Shown here in pieces: positions 52,241-63,653 of a stretch of DNA of 64,000 nt. Made by a program: the position numbers and the translations under genes. Within the stretch, counting starts at the first letter, position 1. Each line of letters begins with the position of its first letter. This stretch comes from Cenococcum geophilum. Lineage: Eukaryota. Below the pieces are notes generated by a model. The model saw only the letters and a program-made list of their open reading frames with translations, was not told where the DNA came from and ran no database searches. Location: NCBI GenBank assembly GCA_050273025.1, contig CP158635.1, forward strand, positions 18,352,001 through 18,416,000. The letters are read 5' to 3'.

Positions 52241-54043
52241 TGTAACGGAACCTTATAGCAAGGACTATAATAGGCTCGTTAATGGGCTAGGTATATAGGT
52301 AATGTAAAGATAAAAGTTAACAACGTAATAATAACTGGTGGAGTAGTTGCCTAACAGATTAACTCTAATTATATTCTAAGAATTACTATAAAGGAGAGAA
52401 CTATCTAGGTAGGGACTGTGGTCCTTTAAATATACAACTATAATCCTAAGAAATCCCCTTTATATATAAGGTACGTGTTATACGTGTTATATATACATTC
52501 CCTTTATACACTATATACACTATGTATAACGTTATATAACCTTAGTTACTATTCCTTATTATATAGCTCTATCGGCTCTATTTTAGACCGTGCCTAAATT
52601 AACTAACTAGCTTCTTTCGACTCTTCTCTAAGTAGTCGTAATATTATACTTAAAGCGTCTATAATACTATCTCCCTTCTCTTTATCTTTATCTTTAAAGA
52701 TTCCTAATATCTCTAAGTCGTTTATTAGAGGTATAATGTCCATCTAATTAATTTAGTTAATATTATTACTTATAATACCTAAAGTCCTTTCTTTTTCGTA
52801 AGCGCAACGTCGTGCTTATACGGTTGCTGCGATATTATCTCTTAATAAGATTATGCCGTCTCTATATTCTCGCTGTTTAAAAAAGGGGTTAGTTTATATT
52901 ATATTGGCAAGCCCTTCCTCCTAGTAACCCTCTTCTTGTTTAGAGTGTACTAAAGTAAATATTTATTTGTCCTATAACGTTTACTCTATCTCTAATATTA
53001 AATATATACAACCTATTATCCTTAATAGCCGTCTAGTTCCCTAATTAATTTATCTTAGGGTTTTGTGTTTAATTAGCTGCTATAAAGCTTAATAGTAAGC
53101 TGTCTTAAGCTCTTACTAATTTAGAATATTCTTAGGACGTAGAGTAGAAGGCCTTAAAGGCTTATATTACGGCATCCGCTTAGCTACTCCATCTTAAAAA
53201 GGTTTATAAAAAGGTCCGTTTTAAAGAGTAGAAGCTTATAGAATAAGGTTTACAGGAACTTAGTAATAAAAAAACGAATTCTCTTTTAATAAAGAAGGAA
53301 ATAGATCTAAGTAGTTTAGTAACTGATTTTCTTAGGTCCCCCTTAGGTAACTCATTTTTTAATAATTCTTTTTTATTAATATTGCCTAACCTAATCTCTT
53401 CTAATACTCCTATATCTTTCTTATAGCATTTTTTTTAAATTTTCTAATAGTTCCTAGGTAGTCTTATTATAGCCTATTTACTTAACCTCGTACTATATTT
53501 TATCGTCAATATTCTTATAACTAATAATCTTTAAAACTTACTATTTATCTTCTTCCTATCCTCTATATATATCTGCTTTATAAACTAGTGGCTTAATATT
53601 CCTATATACTGGCTCTAGCATTATAATGTATTATATAGGGTAGATCTTTATCTTAGCTAATAAGTTTAACTTAAACGTAATTAGTGAAATTCTTTATATA
53701 ATTTTAAAAGGTCTTAGTTTAACGTAGTCCAACTTCTTACTTAGTCGTTAACTTTTAAAATTTTTATATAGTAACTATATTTTATCTCCCTCCTTAAAAT
53801 CTAGTCCCTTAGATCTCTTAGCGTTATAGTACTTTTTTATTCTCTTTTATACCTTCTTTACTAATTCCATAAGGTCTATATAAAGATTTATTAATATCTT
53901 TATTCTTTCTTTAGCTATATTACTTATTTTCTTTGCTTACCGTAGTAATAATAATGTTCTTGGTTTATATCCGTAATTTGCCTTAAATAGTAATATATAT
54001 ATTCCTTCTTACGGTGTTGCGTTATATATAAATTATATAACTA
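52241..54043 (-). mobile_element. Ty3/Gypsy A2, inverted 3' part (integrase end, 3' region, 3' LTR 52241-52666)
   Basis: Resumes on the minus strand exactly where the 5' part stops; LTR carries A2-specific variants (GGGACTGTGGTCC, AAGGAGAGAAC) absent from A1 LTRs; flank TAAAC 52236-52240 is the reverse complement of TSD GTTTA. Confidence 0.95.
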
Positions 54044-54044
54044 G

Positions 54045-54426
54045 TTATATTTCAATAATTTAATTTCGCGATGCAGATGCAAACAACTTAAATTCACGTG
54101 ATGTTCTAACTTAATCAGGAAGGAACTAAACTCAATCAATGGGGGTGGGGTCTATAATTAAATAGTCGAGGGTGGGCACGTGCACACGCAGTCTTCGACA
54201 GACTTCGGCAGAATTCGATGAAGTGGCAGAACTTGGCAGAATTCGCTTCAAGCGGTTTTCATCTATCGAGCGTTTCACCGAGACATTTCATTGGCAGAAC
54301 TCGGCAGAATTCGATCGAGTTGGCAGAATTCGGTAGAATTCGGCAGAATTCGACTAAAGCGTCGGTTTTCATCTGTCGAGTGTTTCACCGAGACATTCTT
54401 ACTGTGACTGGGCTAGTTCCGTTACA
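54045..54426 (-). repeat. UnRIPed LTR remnant related to the B-family LTR
   Basis: Minus strand starts TGTAACGGAACTAGCCCAGTCACAGTAAGAATGTC, matching B LTR starts (1475, 34340); GAATTCTGCC-type decamer repeats; internal duplication with 110-bp offset (54256/54366). Similarity to B is lost left of ~54150, so the left boundary is inferred. Confidence 0.8.
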
Positions 54427-54590
54427 CTGCCCTATAATCTGCTTCTAAAGTGATTATTATATTTTTATTGAAGGAGAGTCCACCTTTAGATGATTAATGA
54501 CCATGACAAGGCTATGCTCGAATATATGAAACTCTGTGGAAAACCAGAGCGGGGCATACGCTGCAAATGCTCTCGAAAAAGAAAAAATAA

Positions 54591-55269
54591 GGGGTCGTTC
54601 GGTTGCAAATGAGCTCAAGATCATAATCTGTTCGATCTGTGCGCCTTTTAGTGTCGCCCGTTTCGTAATTAGTGGCGGCTACTACCGTGGCTCAGTTGAA
54701 TCTGTAATTGAGTCGACCGTTCGGTAAACCTCCAGATTGGTAGGCGATTTGAGTGACCCCCTCTGCCACTAGGCCTCTATCGCGACTCCCTGCTTTGGTG
54801 TAGTATGGAGCCTCCTCCACGGCCAACACCCTCTCGCCGGTCGATCTTTTCTACACCTGCGCCAACCTCCCGTACGAGCCGCAGTACGAACCCCCCCCCC
54901 CCGGAAATAAGCTCATCGTGATCACGAAGGTTAAGATAATGACAACATAAAATAAGGCTTACAACTGCGACAGCAGTATCACAACTGGGGCGTGTGGAGT
55001 CGCCATATCATAAGAATTCGTCACTTTGGCATGTATGCGAAAGCTCCGGGGTCAATATGGAATATATAGAACGTATTGAAGCGGTGCCAAGAGCCTCATT
55101 TCAACTACTGTATACGGTATAGCTTGCAAATTTGCTGCGCTTACCAATATGGAGGAGCTCCATATTCAAAAGTCGTCAGATCTACCGAACAACAGCCTCA
55201 TATTCAGATTTGAGCTCCAGATCAGTTACATTATGGAGCCTCAATATGAAGTTGCAACCGAACGATCCC
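54591..55269. mobile_element. PIF/Harbinger-type non-autonomous element (MITE), 679 bp
   Basis: Terminal inverted repeats GGGGTCGTTCGGTTGCAA / TTGCAACCGAACGATCCC (17/18) flanked by TAA on both sides (54588-54590, 55270-55272). Confidence 0.75.
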
Positions 55270-55607
55270 TAATCCGGACACCATCAAATCCGAATATTAT
55301 CCACTTCGAAGCTTCTGAGAGGTCCTAAAGAGGATATCCAAGGATGCCACACCCTTATCTGAAACATGTCAAGCCCGAGGTGGTGACTTGCAATCGTAGA
55401 TGGTCGATCGGTAAGAGTAGTCGAAGATTTGCGAACGGGAAGGAGGGTTGGGTGTTGGAGTGAACGAGTGGCAAAACGGCGCCGATCAAACAGTCTGTAT
55501 GGCAATTTGACCCTGTGCATCGAGTTGTGGGGTAAAGCGAGAAGGCGAAAGATGACGATCGCAGCAGCTCACAAGGGCCCACCCTGACACGCTACTTACG
55601 GCACCTA

Positions 55608-56130
55608 CTCGTGGCACCCACTAGTAAGCAGCGCTTACTAGTGGTCCCGGGCTCAATGCAACAACCGAGCTCAATGCAACTTTTATATTTGTATGGCGTC
55701 TCATACAAAATCGACCTTTTTCCAAGTTGAATAACTTAACAATACTACATAGAAATTATATAAGAATTTAAAGGCTTATATATAATCCTTTAAAAATCAA
55801 TAATATAACTTATTTAAAGCTGATATTTATTGTATTTATTGTATTTCTATACTTTTTATTATTATATTTTATTTAAGGCCAGTAAATACTAAAACTTCTA
55901 TAAAATAGAAAATTAATATTAAAATTAAGTTTCTTTATACTTATTTAGGTATAAAAAAAAGAAGTATATATATTTAATAATTTATTATAGCGTTGTTGTT
56001 GAGTTATTCAACTTGGAAAAAGGTTGATTTTGTATGAGACGCCATACAAATATAAAAGTTGCATTGAGCTCGGTTGTTGCATTGAGCCTGGGACCACTAG
56101 TAAGCGCTGCTTACTAGTGGGTGCCACGAG
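55608..56130. mobile_element. Tc1/mariner-type MITE, 523 bp, ~135-bp TIRs
   Basis: Near-perfect long inverted repeats starting CTCGTGGCACCCACTAGTAAGC; TA on both flanks (55606-55607, 56131-56132); AT-rich non-coding core. Confidence 0.93.
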
Positions 56131-57409
56131 TACGGCGTAGCTGCTTCGTGCAGCGCAGCTACTCCACAGTTCCCCCGCTGATGGATTGAAGCTTGTCTGC
56201 AGTGAACGGCAAGGCCGGAAGCTGGAGCTACCATGCAAGTGTACCTCACACTCTAGCGCACATATTCGATTATTAAAACCGATCCCATAGCTAGCAGAGA
56301 CGCTCTGCTATTTTCGTCCCTCGTCTGTCCGGGCTCCGAGGCGTGTTAGTGTTTGGCCCAAGATGGTGTGATAACGTCCGATAAGCTGTCCAAGCGCTGG
56401 CTCTACAGTCTTGGTCGACGCCGAACGGCTACGGAGAAGATTGCATTGGTGTGCATTTTGCCCAAAATAAAGGCTAGCAGTTGGACTCGGGACGAAAGAA
56501 GAGGGCTGATGGCTGCATGCGCTGTGCCTTATTCGCACTGACCCCCTCGCCCATTCACTTGGCTTGGCCAACCGAGCGTTCCGCGCAAAGCCACTGGCCC
56601 ACTGATAACTGGGGTGAGGGCGAGCTTCCAGCATGGCGCTGTTCGAATCGATGAGGGCGGGGACCAAACAGAGGCATTCCCTCGTTGCCATCTGTACCAC
56701 CACTCCCACCATTCCCGCGACCTTTCTTCCTCTCCAAAATGCTGCCCATTATCGTCCATCCATACCAGAAGCCATAGCGATTCTTGCGCTGTCCGGCCTT
56801 GATCTCATTGTGCATCTTTATTGTAATTCGCTATCTGCTATCAACTGTTAGCCCTTTGGTCCAGATTCCCAATTATCATCTGCCGATCCTCCAGCGCGGC
56901 GTTGAAACACTTGATGCAAAGCCCGAAACTGTTCATCCAGGTACGAGACCATGCATCATTGTCACAGAAGATTGCCACTCATGCTCACGAATTGCTCTTT
57001 CAAGGCTCGTTACGTCTTCGCCCGTAATATTGTGGCACTTCAGCTGCATCATCACACCTCTATTCACCCACTCTAGTCTTTAACGACTCTACATCCGCAC
57101 AATCGCTACTGCAGCCACCCGCGGACTATTACCCTCTGATACCATTACATGAAACGGCCCTCCTGTGCTATTCACAATCCACAGCCTCCTACGCGGTTTT
57201 GAGCCCACTAGGTTGGCTTTGAGGTTTGCAGATTTTATGCTTTACCTTGGTTATGATGCGGCAAGCGCCCAAGCACTGAGGCAGTGAAGTGCTGAAGCAC
57301 CAAAACTCACTCGTGCCCCACCATCGTTCGACCCATCTCACACAAACTCTCGTCCGTTCGCCACGATTCTGGCCCCCGAAATACCTAGATCTCACAAATA
57401 TCGGTCGTC

Positions 57410-59761
57410 ATGGCTGCTGCGGTAGCTAGGGCACCTCCTATGCCTGGACGCTCTTCGACACCACCTCCCCACCTTACATTAAACACGTCCTCACGAGGAA
57501 CACCGGCAGCCGTTCCTAACAAGCACATTCCCGTTTGCTCTCCAGGCCCGGTACCAGTCCGAGGTCTTGAGACGCCTCCAGCATCACCGCCCTCCAAGGA
57601 TTGCCTTATCGAGACATCGTCAATCACCTACCCTCCGAGCAGTTACTGCAGCGAATACTCTAAAGATCCACCTGTGTGGATGATTAGCGCAAAGAGGCTA
57701 GCACAAGCCTTGGAGCACATATCTACCCAGCCTCTACCTTACCCTGAACAAGTGTTTCCGTGGCTTCATGGCCTCCATGCGGAGAACCAGATACAACTTG
57801 CCTTTTTCGTGTCTCGCCGGAAAAGCATAAGAAAGGTGCCCAAGTGCATTCGAGGTATCACAATTGTCAAGACGGGTGGCGATTTGAGCTCGTCGAAGTT
57901 GAAAGGCGCTATTGCACCCGATGAATTACTCCAATGCAAGGGTATGACCGATGATTCTAACTCTTTTATCGAATGTGATCCCAGAGATGGCTTCTCCGTC
58001 CGAAACTTTCAAATTCAGGCTTGCAAGATGGCTATGGTGTCTGATATCGTTATCTATGGTGACGAGGGGACACATCCGTACGACACAATCGCTCTGGCTA
58101 AAAAAATATCCCGGGCTCAGAGGGCCTACGAAGTGAAAAATGGTGTTCAACGGGGTTTATTCAATACTTTCATGTTGGCCGGTAAGTCCTTTTTGGATAA
58201 GATGCCTCGCGATATAGTGAATAAATAAGATTTCGGATAAGAACGCTGACTCAGCTAGATCCATTTGGCCTAGTAGAACAAAGGTATCCTGATCTCGTAG
58301 CAGTAGATTCCGAAGGATGCATGACCGGAAAAATTATGGATTTCTGTAGGTCCTCTCATTCATATAGCAGTCTTGCTTCGGAGTTAACACTACCAGTTCA
58401 CTGGGAGCGACTAGAGATGTGTGCAATGTCCAAAGCTTCCGAAATTAGCGCCAATGTGTATATGGGTCCTACTCCCGACACAACGATAGAATCGTCATCG
58501 GGAGATCAGGAATTCGATGTTCATATCGAAGCGAGCGACCTAGCCCACGTTCCCGAACCGAGGTATCTCAATAATTTACGGGCTGGATTTCGAGATCCGA
58601 ACCATCTACCTCTACACATTGAGTTCCCTTCTTCCGGTAGTATCATACCTCCGACATGGTCTCATGCAGAAGTCGATAGCCTAATGGAGACATGCAAATG
58701 GATCTATGAGGTTGCGAATCCTCAAGAGGTCAACAAGGCAAAAGAAGAAAAAGATAGTGAGGGTGGCAGCATTGAGCTCGCAACTATTGCACGACCACAG
58801 AAGATCTTGATACATTGCACAGACGGCTACACCGAATCATCGCTACTTGGTTTAGCTTACTTCATGTATGCCGAAGGCTTACCAGTACACGATGCTTGGG
58901 TACAACTCCATCGGGAGAAAGGCCGCAACTTCTTCGCGTATCCAACAGACGTTGCGCTTCTGACGGCAATCCAACCTCGCATCCTCCAGGCATCACCTCG
59001 CTGGCGAGGAGATTTCCTATCTATTTCTGAGCCACAGTGGTTATCACGTATTGATGGCAGCCTGCCCAGTAGGATCCTGCCCTACATGTACCTCGGTAAT
59101 CTTGGACACGCAAATAATCCTGAATTGCTCAGAGAGTTAGGCATTACACGGATCCTTAGCGTTGGAGAGTCCATCTCGTGGCCCGAGGACTTGAAGAAGA
59201 AGCTTAATTGGTCTAATGATAACCTGCTTTCTGTCGACCGAGTTCAGGATAATGGGGTTGATCCTCTCTGGAATGAGTTCGATCGCTGCTTGAAATTTAT
59301 TGGTGAGTGGTGTGACAATCAGGATGCAGCATATTTCTAACCCCATGGTTATTTAGAACGCGGGAAATTAGATGGTACAGCTACACTAGTGCACTGTCGA
59401 GTCGGTGTCTCTCGCTCGGCCACTATTTGCATCGCGGAAGTTATGAACGAACTAGGCTTATCTTTCCCAAGAGCATAGTAAGTTAATATTCTACCCCTAC
59501 GCACCCAGGTGCTTACAATTTACATAGCTGTTTCGTACGGGCCAGGCGCCTTAATGTTATTATTCAGCCTCATCTTCGTTTTACGTAAGTACATACTAAT
59601 GACTTTCATTACGGATTGTTTGTTGATGACGTTGTAGATACGAGCTCCTTAAATGGGAAGAATTTCAGCGCCAGAAGCGCAACGAACCTCTCCGCCGCGA
59701 ACTTGAGTGGGCAACAATTGCCCGAGAGATCGCCCTCATGAACAAGCCTTATTCGCGATAG
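57410..59761 (+). CDS. PPS1: Dual-specificity protein phosphatase, Pps1-like (6 exons)
   Basis: Exons ~57410-58181, 58259-58345, 58397-59302, 59357-59477, 59528-59584, 59638-59761 with GT-AG introns; FPWLHGLH, ILIHCTDGYTESSLL, PSRILPYMYLGNL and catalytic VHCRVGVSRSAT motifs. Confidence 0.93.
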
Positions 59762-60537
59762 AAACAGGCTTGTGGATACGCCTTCAATTTTTTTGACTTT
59801 TAATGATGCTATCATACGATATAATCACGACGATATGGCTTTTGATCACGGGCACGAACTTTCTGAAACTGGATACGACACATGTTTAGGATCGGGAATC
59901 AACTACGGCGTTTTATCCAGCATCTGGGTATTCCTTTTAGTGTCAGAAATGGCGGTGCAGCGAATGGGAGCGAAATGAGCAAGGTTTACGATCTTTTGTG
60001 GAGCTGGATTTGTTCAGTCATCAGCAGAAGATTCTGGTAATCTTTGCGTCCGTGTTTCACTTCTATCTCGCTGAAAAAGGTCTGCTCAGGACTTTTCTAT
60101 TCTACTGTTGTATTTTTTCTCCACACTTTGCCTTTTTTTTAATTAGCTCATCTGGCTTCGATGGACCTGCTTTCATCTCTCAAGAAGATTGTGTGAACAT
60201 TACGTTACGCTCGTTGAGAGTCCAAGGTTAAGGGTTTGCTTTTTGTTGGGGCTTTGCATGTGGAAATCTCCTTGCTGCACTTACTATAGTGCTCTTCTTA
60301 TTAGATGTGAAATCAAAGGAGATTTTGAAGAATCGAAGAAGCCCATTCATTATGTGCTTTGGTCTAAGAATGCCAAGCATCAAAGCTCAACAATTAACAC
60401 ATGCATTCAAGGAAGACATTAATCCCATATTCAAGCCCTTCCCAGTACGCCGAACTCCGCATCCACGGTGTTCTGAGAATCATGCTGACGACGACATGTA
60501 TGAAACAGCATAAGTAAATCCAAAAAAAACTCTACTT

Positions 60538-61247
60538 TTACGACTCCCCAAACCGCGAGTTCATCAACTCATCAACATGCGCTCGCTGCGAAGCGATATT
60601 TTGCGCTTCCTGCTCTTTCAAGAGCACAGCTAGCACCTCGAGAGGCGGGTTCAGACCTAGTCTGTGCGCGCGCTTCCAACGCTTCATGCGGGCGACACCG
60701 ATGCAGGGCTATTATCAAAACACATCAGTATACACAGCACCCCAAAAAATACTCTCCAGGTAACCGCACAAAATCCACCGGAACGGTTCACCGGATTGGG
60801 AAAAAGGTAGGAAGAGTATACCCCATACTGGCCGCTAGTATCCCACTCCCTCAGCACCTTCTCATGCAAGCCCAATGCCTGCTGGTGCACGCGTGGCGCC
60901 ATGCGCGCATCCTCCTTCGCTGCCCAGTACTTCTTGATGCGCGCTTCGGTGACATGACTCGCTTCTTCTTCCTCTGGCGTTAAGGCTACTGCCTGCGCGG
61001 CGGCTTCTTGCGCTGCTTGCTCGAGGATCGCTGCTTCGACTGTTGTCGGGGAGGTGGGTTCGGGGTCGCTTGGGGCTGAGAGATCTGCTTTTTGGAGTGA
61101 GGAGATGGGGTGGGCGAGAGAGTCCTTTTTTTGGGAGCGGGTGCCGCTGGTCGGTTTGGTTACTTTGTTGGTGGCGCCGTGGAAGGCGAGGGTCGATTGG
61201 GTGGAGGACCTGGTCGCGGGACCGGAGGAACGGCGCTTAGGTGGCAT
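60538..61247 (-). CDS. DNA polymerase delta subunit 4 (Cdm1/POLD4 family), 2 exons
   Basis: Exons 61247-60822 and 60708-60538; spliced protein gives LREWDTSGQYGPCIGVARMKRWKRAHRLGLNPPLEV, the family signature; N-terminal QSTLAF PIP-box-like motif. Confidence 0.93.
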
Positions 61248-62083
61248 ATTGAATCGATTGAGGTGGATGAGATGAGCGAGTGGGGGCGATGCTGGGGTAG
61301 TGATGAGGTCGGCTTGGGATAGATCGATGGTGGTGAGTGTGCGGAGAGGGGATGATGAAATGAGATCGCTTGCGTCGCCTGGGTGATCGTCGGCGCGCGG
61401 AAGGAGACGCGGGAGCAGGTGACTTTAATAGGACAGGGTCTCGACAATTTCTTGCCTGCCATATCGCCGTCTGGTTTGCTGCGACTTGTATTTTTTCAAA
61501 ATTGCTTCGCTATTTTTCCTTGCGGCGAAACTTATCTGTCCTTTGCGGCTTTGGCGATCTGTAAGTGCATTTTCGTCTGAGCTCTCTGGCTCAGGCTTTG
61601 GCTGTGGCTCGTCCTCTGTTTTCGTGTTTCTTTGGTGCATCTTCTTCTGTTCTGCGAATATCTTCCACAAGCGTTTCTTGCTTCTGAACATCGGGAGAAC
61701 TACCGGAAGCACTATTGGAAGTAACTGCCCCAGGTATCTGACTCGCCGCTGTTGCTACAATCATCCGAGGAATCGCTGCCGCTATCACTGGACTCGGAGG
61801 AGGGACCGTCGCTATCCGTATCTGTTAACCACTAGTCATCAGTATCCATCGTGAGCCTCAGCACGCCGAATGGGCCAGGGAGGGTTATTTTGTCCATCGC
61901 TTCGCGCTGTAGTTTCGATTCGAGTGAAGGGTGGGTTTGTGAGAAGGTAAGACTTCAGCAGAGGAGATGGGGAGCAGTGTCTTATATACATATTCTGTCA
62001 GAGCGCATCGAGTGTTGTTGTAAAACCAATCTCCCAACACATAACTTAAAACCAACTTACTTTCGACCGGCTACCTCTATCCC

Positions 62084-63249
62084 ATGAAAATGGCTTCAGA
62101 GCCCCCCGCAGCGGCAGCAGAAGCCCTGATACCACAATTCCAACTCGAACGGCTGCTCAACCAAGGTAGTCCCTTCTCCCCATGCCTTCCCGCACATCAG
62201 TGTCATTTACCAGCCACAAACAGACCAAGCCGGGCGCCGCATTGTGCTCCTAGGTACCATCGCTTCTAAACCTGCCATCCTCCTTGCCGAGCGCGCCGCC
62301 TTTGCCACCGACACCGCACACCTCTCCTCGTTCGCTAGCTCGCTCGAAAATATCAAGAACCTGGGCGCCAACGATATCTACAACTGGTTCCTAGCGTCCT
62401 CGACTTCGACCCCGGATCCTGCATCGCAACCACCAGATCTCAAGCTCAATCTAATCTATCCGTGTGGCGAGCAGCATGTCAAGAAGTACTCGCAGCAGGG
62501 CATGCGCATGGTCACAGAAACACCTGAGATCTACCGCGATTATGTAAGGCCGTTTATACAGAAGAAGAGGGAGGAAGGACGGCTAAACTGGGTCTTTAAT
62601 ATTATTGAAGGCAGGACGGAGCAGGAGGATGTCATTTATCGCGAGCATGGGGAAGAGGGTTTTTTGCTACTTCCAGACCTGTCAGTACTAGAATGGAGTT
62701 TCGCTTAGACCCACGGAGAAATCGAGCTAACGAGAACTACCATATAGCAACTGGGACCGCAAAACGATGACGAGCCTTCATTTGCTTGGCATTGTTGAGA
62801 GGCGGGACGTTTGGTCCGTGAGAGACTTGCAGAGGAAGCATATCACATGGGTAAAGCATATGCGCCAGAAACTGCTAGATGCGACTGTCAAACTGTACCC
62901 TGAGCTTGAAAAAGACCAGTTGAAGCTCTACGTGCACTGTGAGTGTACCTCCTCCCCTGTATCTAGCAAGACGCTAAAGGTGGCTTTAGATCAACCCACA
63001 TACTACCATTTTCACATCCACATTGTGCACGTGGCTTTGGAGGCTAGCGGTACGCAGGCTACTGGCAAGGCTCTGGGACTGGAGAATATCATCGGCCAGC
63101 TGGAAATGCTACAAGCAAAGCCAGCGGAGGTGGGTGATGAGGCAGGTATGGCGGATGTGAGCTTGACGTATCATTTGGGAGAGGCAAGTGAGCTTTGGAC
63201 GGATGTCTTTCAACCTCTTAAAACAGGACGCAACAGAGAGATGAAATAA
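62084..63249 (+). CDS. DCS1: Scavenger mRNA decapping enzyme (m7GpppX diphosphatase, DcpS), 4 exons
   Basis: Introns ~62166-62223, 62681-62747, 62939-62989; NDIYxWF, LIYPC, ETPEIY, WVFNII, LLPDLNWD and HIT motif HYQPTYYHFHIH. Start at 62084 or 62090. Confidence 0.96.
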
Positions 63250-63653
63250 GTTTTCGGCTAGAAGTTAGTGATAGATTGGACAAGAGCTAAGCGCTTATCA
63301 GCGTTATGGTAAAGATTCCAGCTCACTACTTGGTGCCTTTTATATTCAAGAAAAATCTTCTATTGGGTTGGCTATCGAAATCGAAGATGAAAATTAAGTA
63401 GCAAGCATTCAGCACAGAGACTGCGCTATCTCATACTTCACACAAACTGGCTGAGAAACATTGACGTTGAGTGTCCCTTCGAGCAATATTCATAATTGAA
63501 TATGCTCCAATCTCTCCTTCAATGCCCTCGAGTATTTTCAGATACCCAGAACACCCAATGCGCAGGTCGCATTCGCAAGACATCTTCTCAGTTTAGTAAC
63601 AATTGTGAAAAGCTCCTCACATGAGTCATCAATATCACGACGCCTGCCTCTCA

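Larger units (their letters stand above)
1..54044. mobile_element. Putative degenerate Starship-like giant element (captain-proximal part; other end left of the window), invaded by LTR retrotransposons
   Basis: DUF3435 recombinase relic ~540 bp from a sharp junction; non-retroelement RIPed backbone at 1-1474, 34684-35390 and 47377-52240 with gene remnants. Second terminus not visible, so extent is inferred. Confidence 0.6.
1..54050. other. AT-rich RIP-mutated repeat block
   Basis: Strong TpA excess and CpA/TpG depletion; recognisable protein motifs riddled with TAA/TAG and D->N, E->K changes (e.g. RT YxDD reads YxNN); abrupt switch to balanced GC at ~54,060. Confidence 0.97.

Noticed and set aside
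52241..54043. Independent truncated A-family insertion
   Set aside because: TSD, LTR subtype and exact breakpoint complementarity show it is the inverted 3' half of A2.
54218..54448. 76-aa ORF with repeated LAEF motifs
   Set aside because: Translation of decamer repeats in the LTR remnant.
55284..57395. Cluster of overlapping 60-134 aa ORFs upstream of PPS1
   Set aside because: No recognisable domains, overlapping on both strands or within MITE ends; consistent with promoter and 5' UTR sequence.
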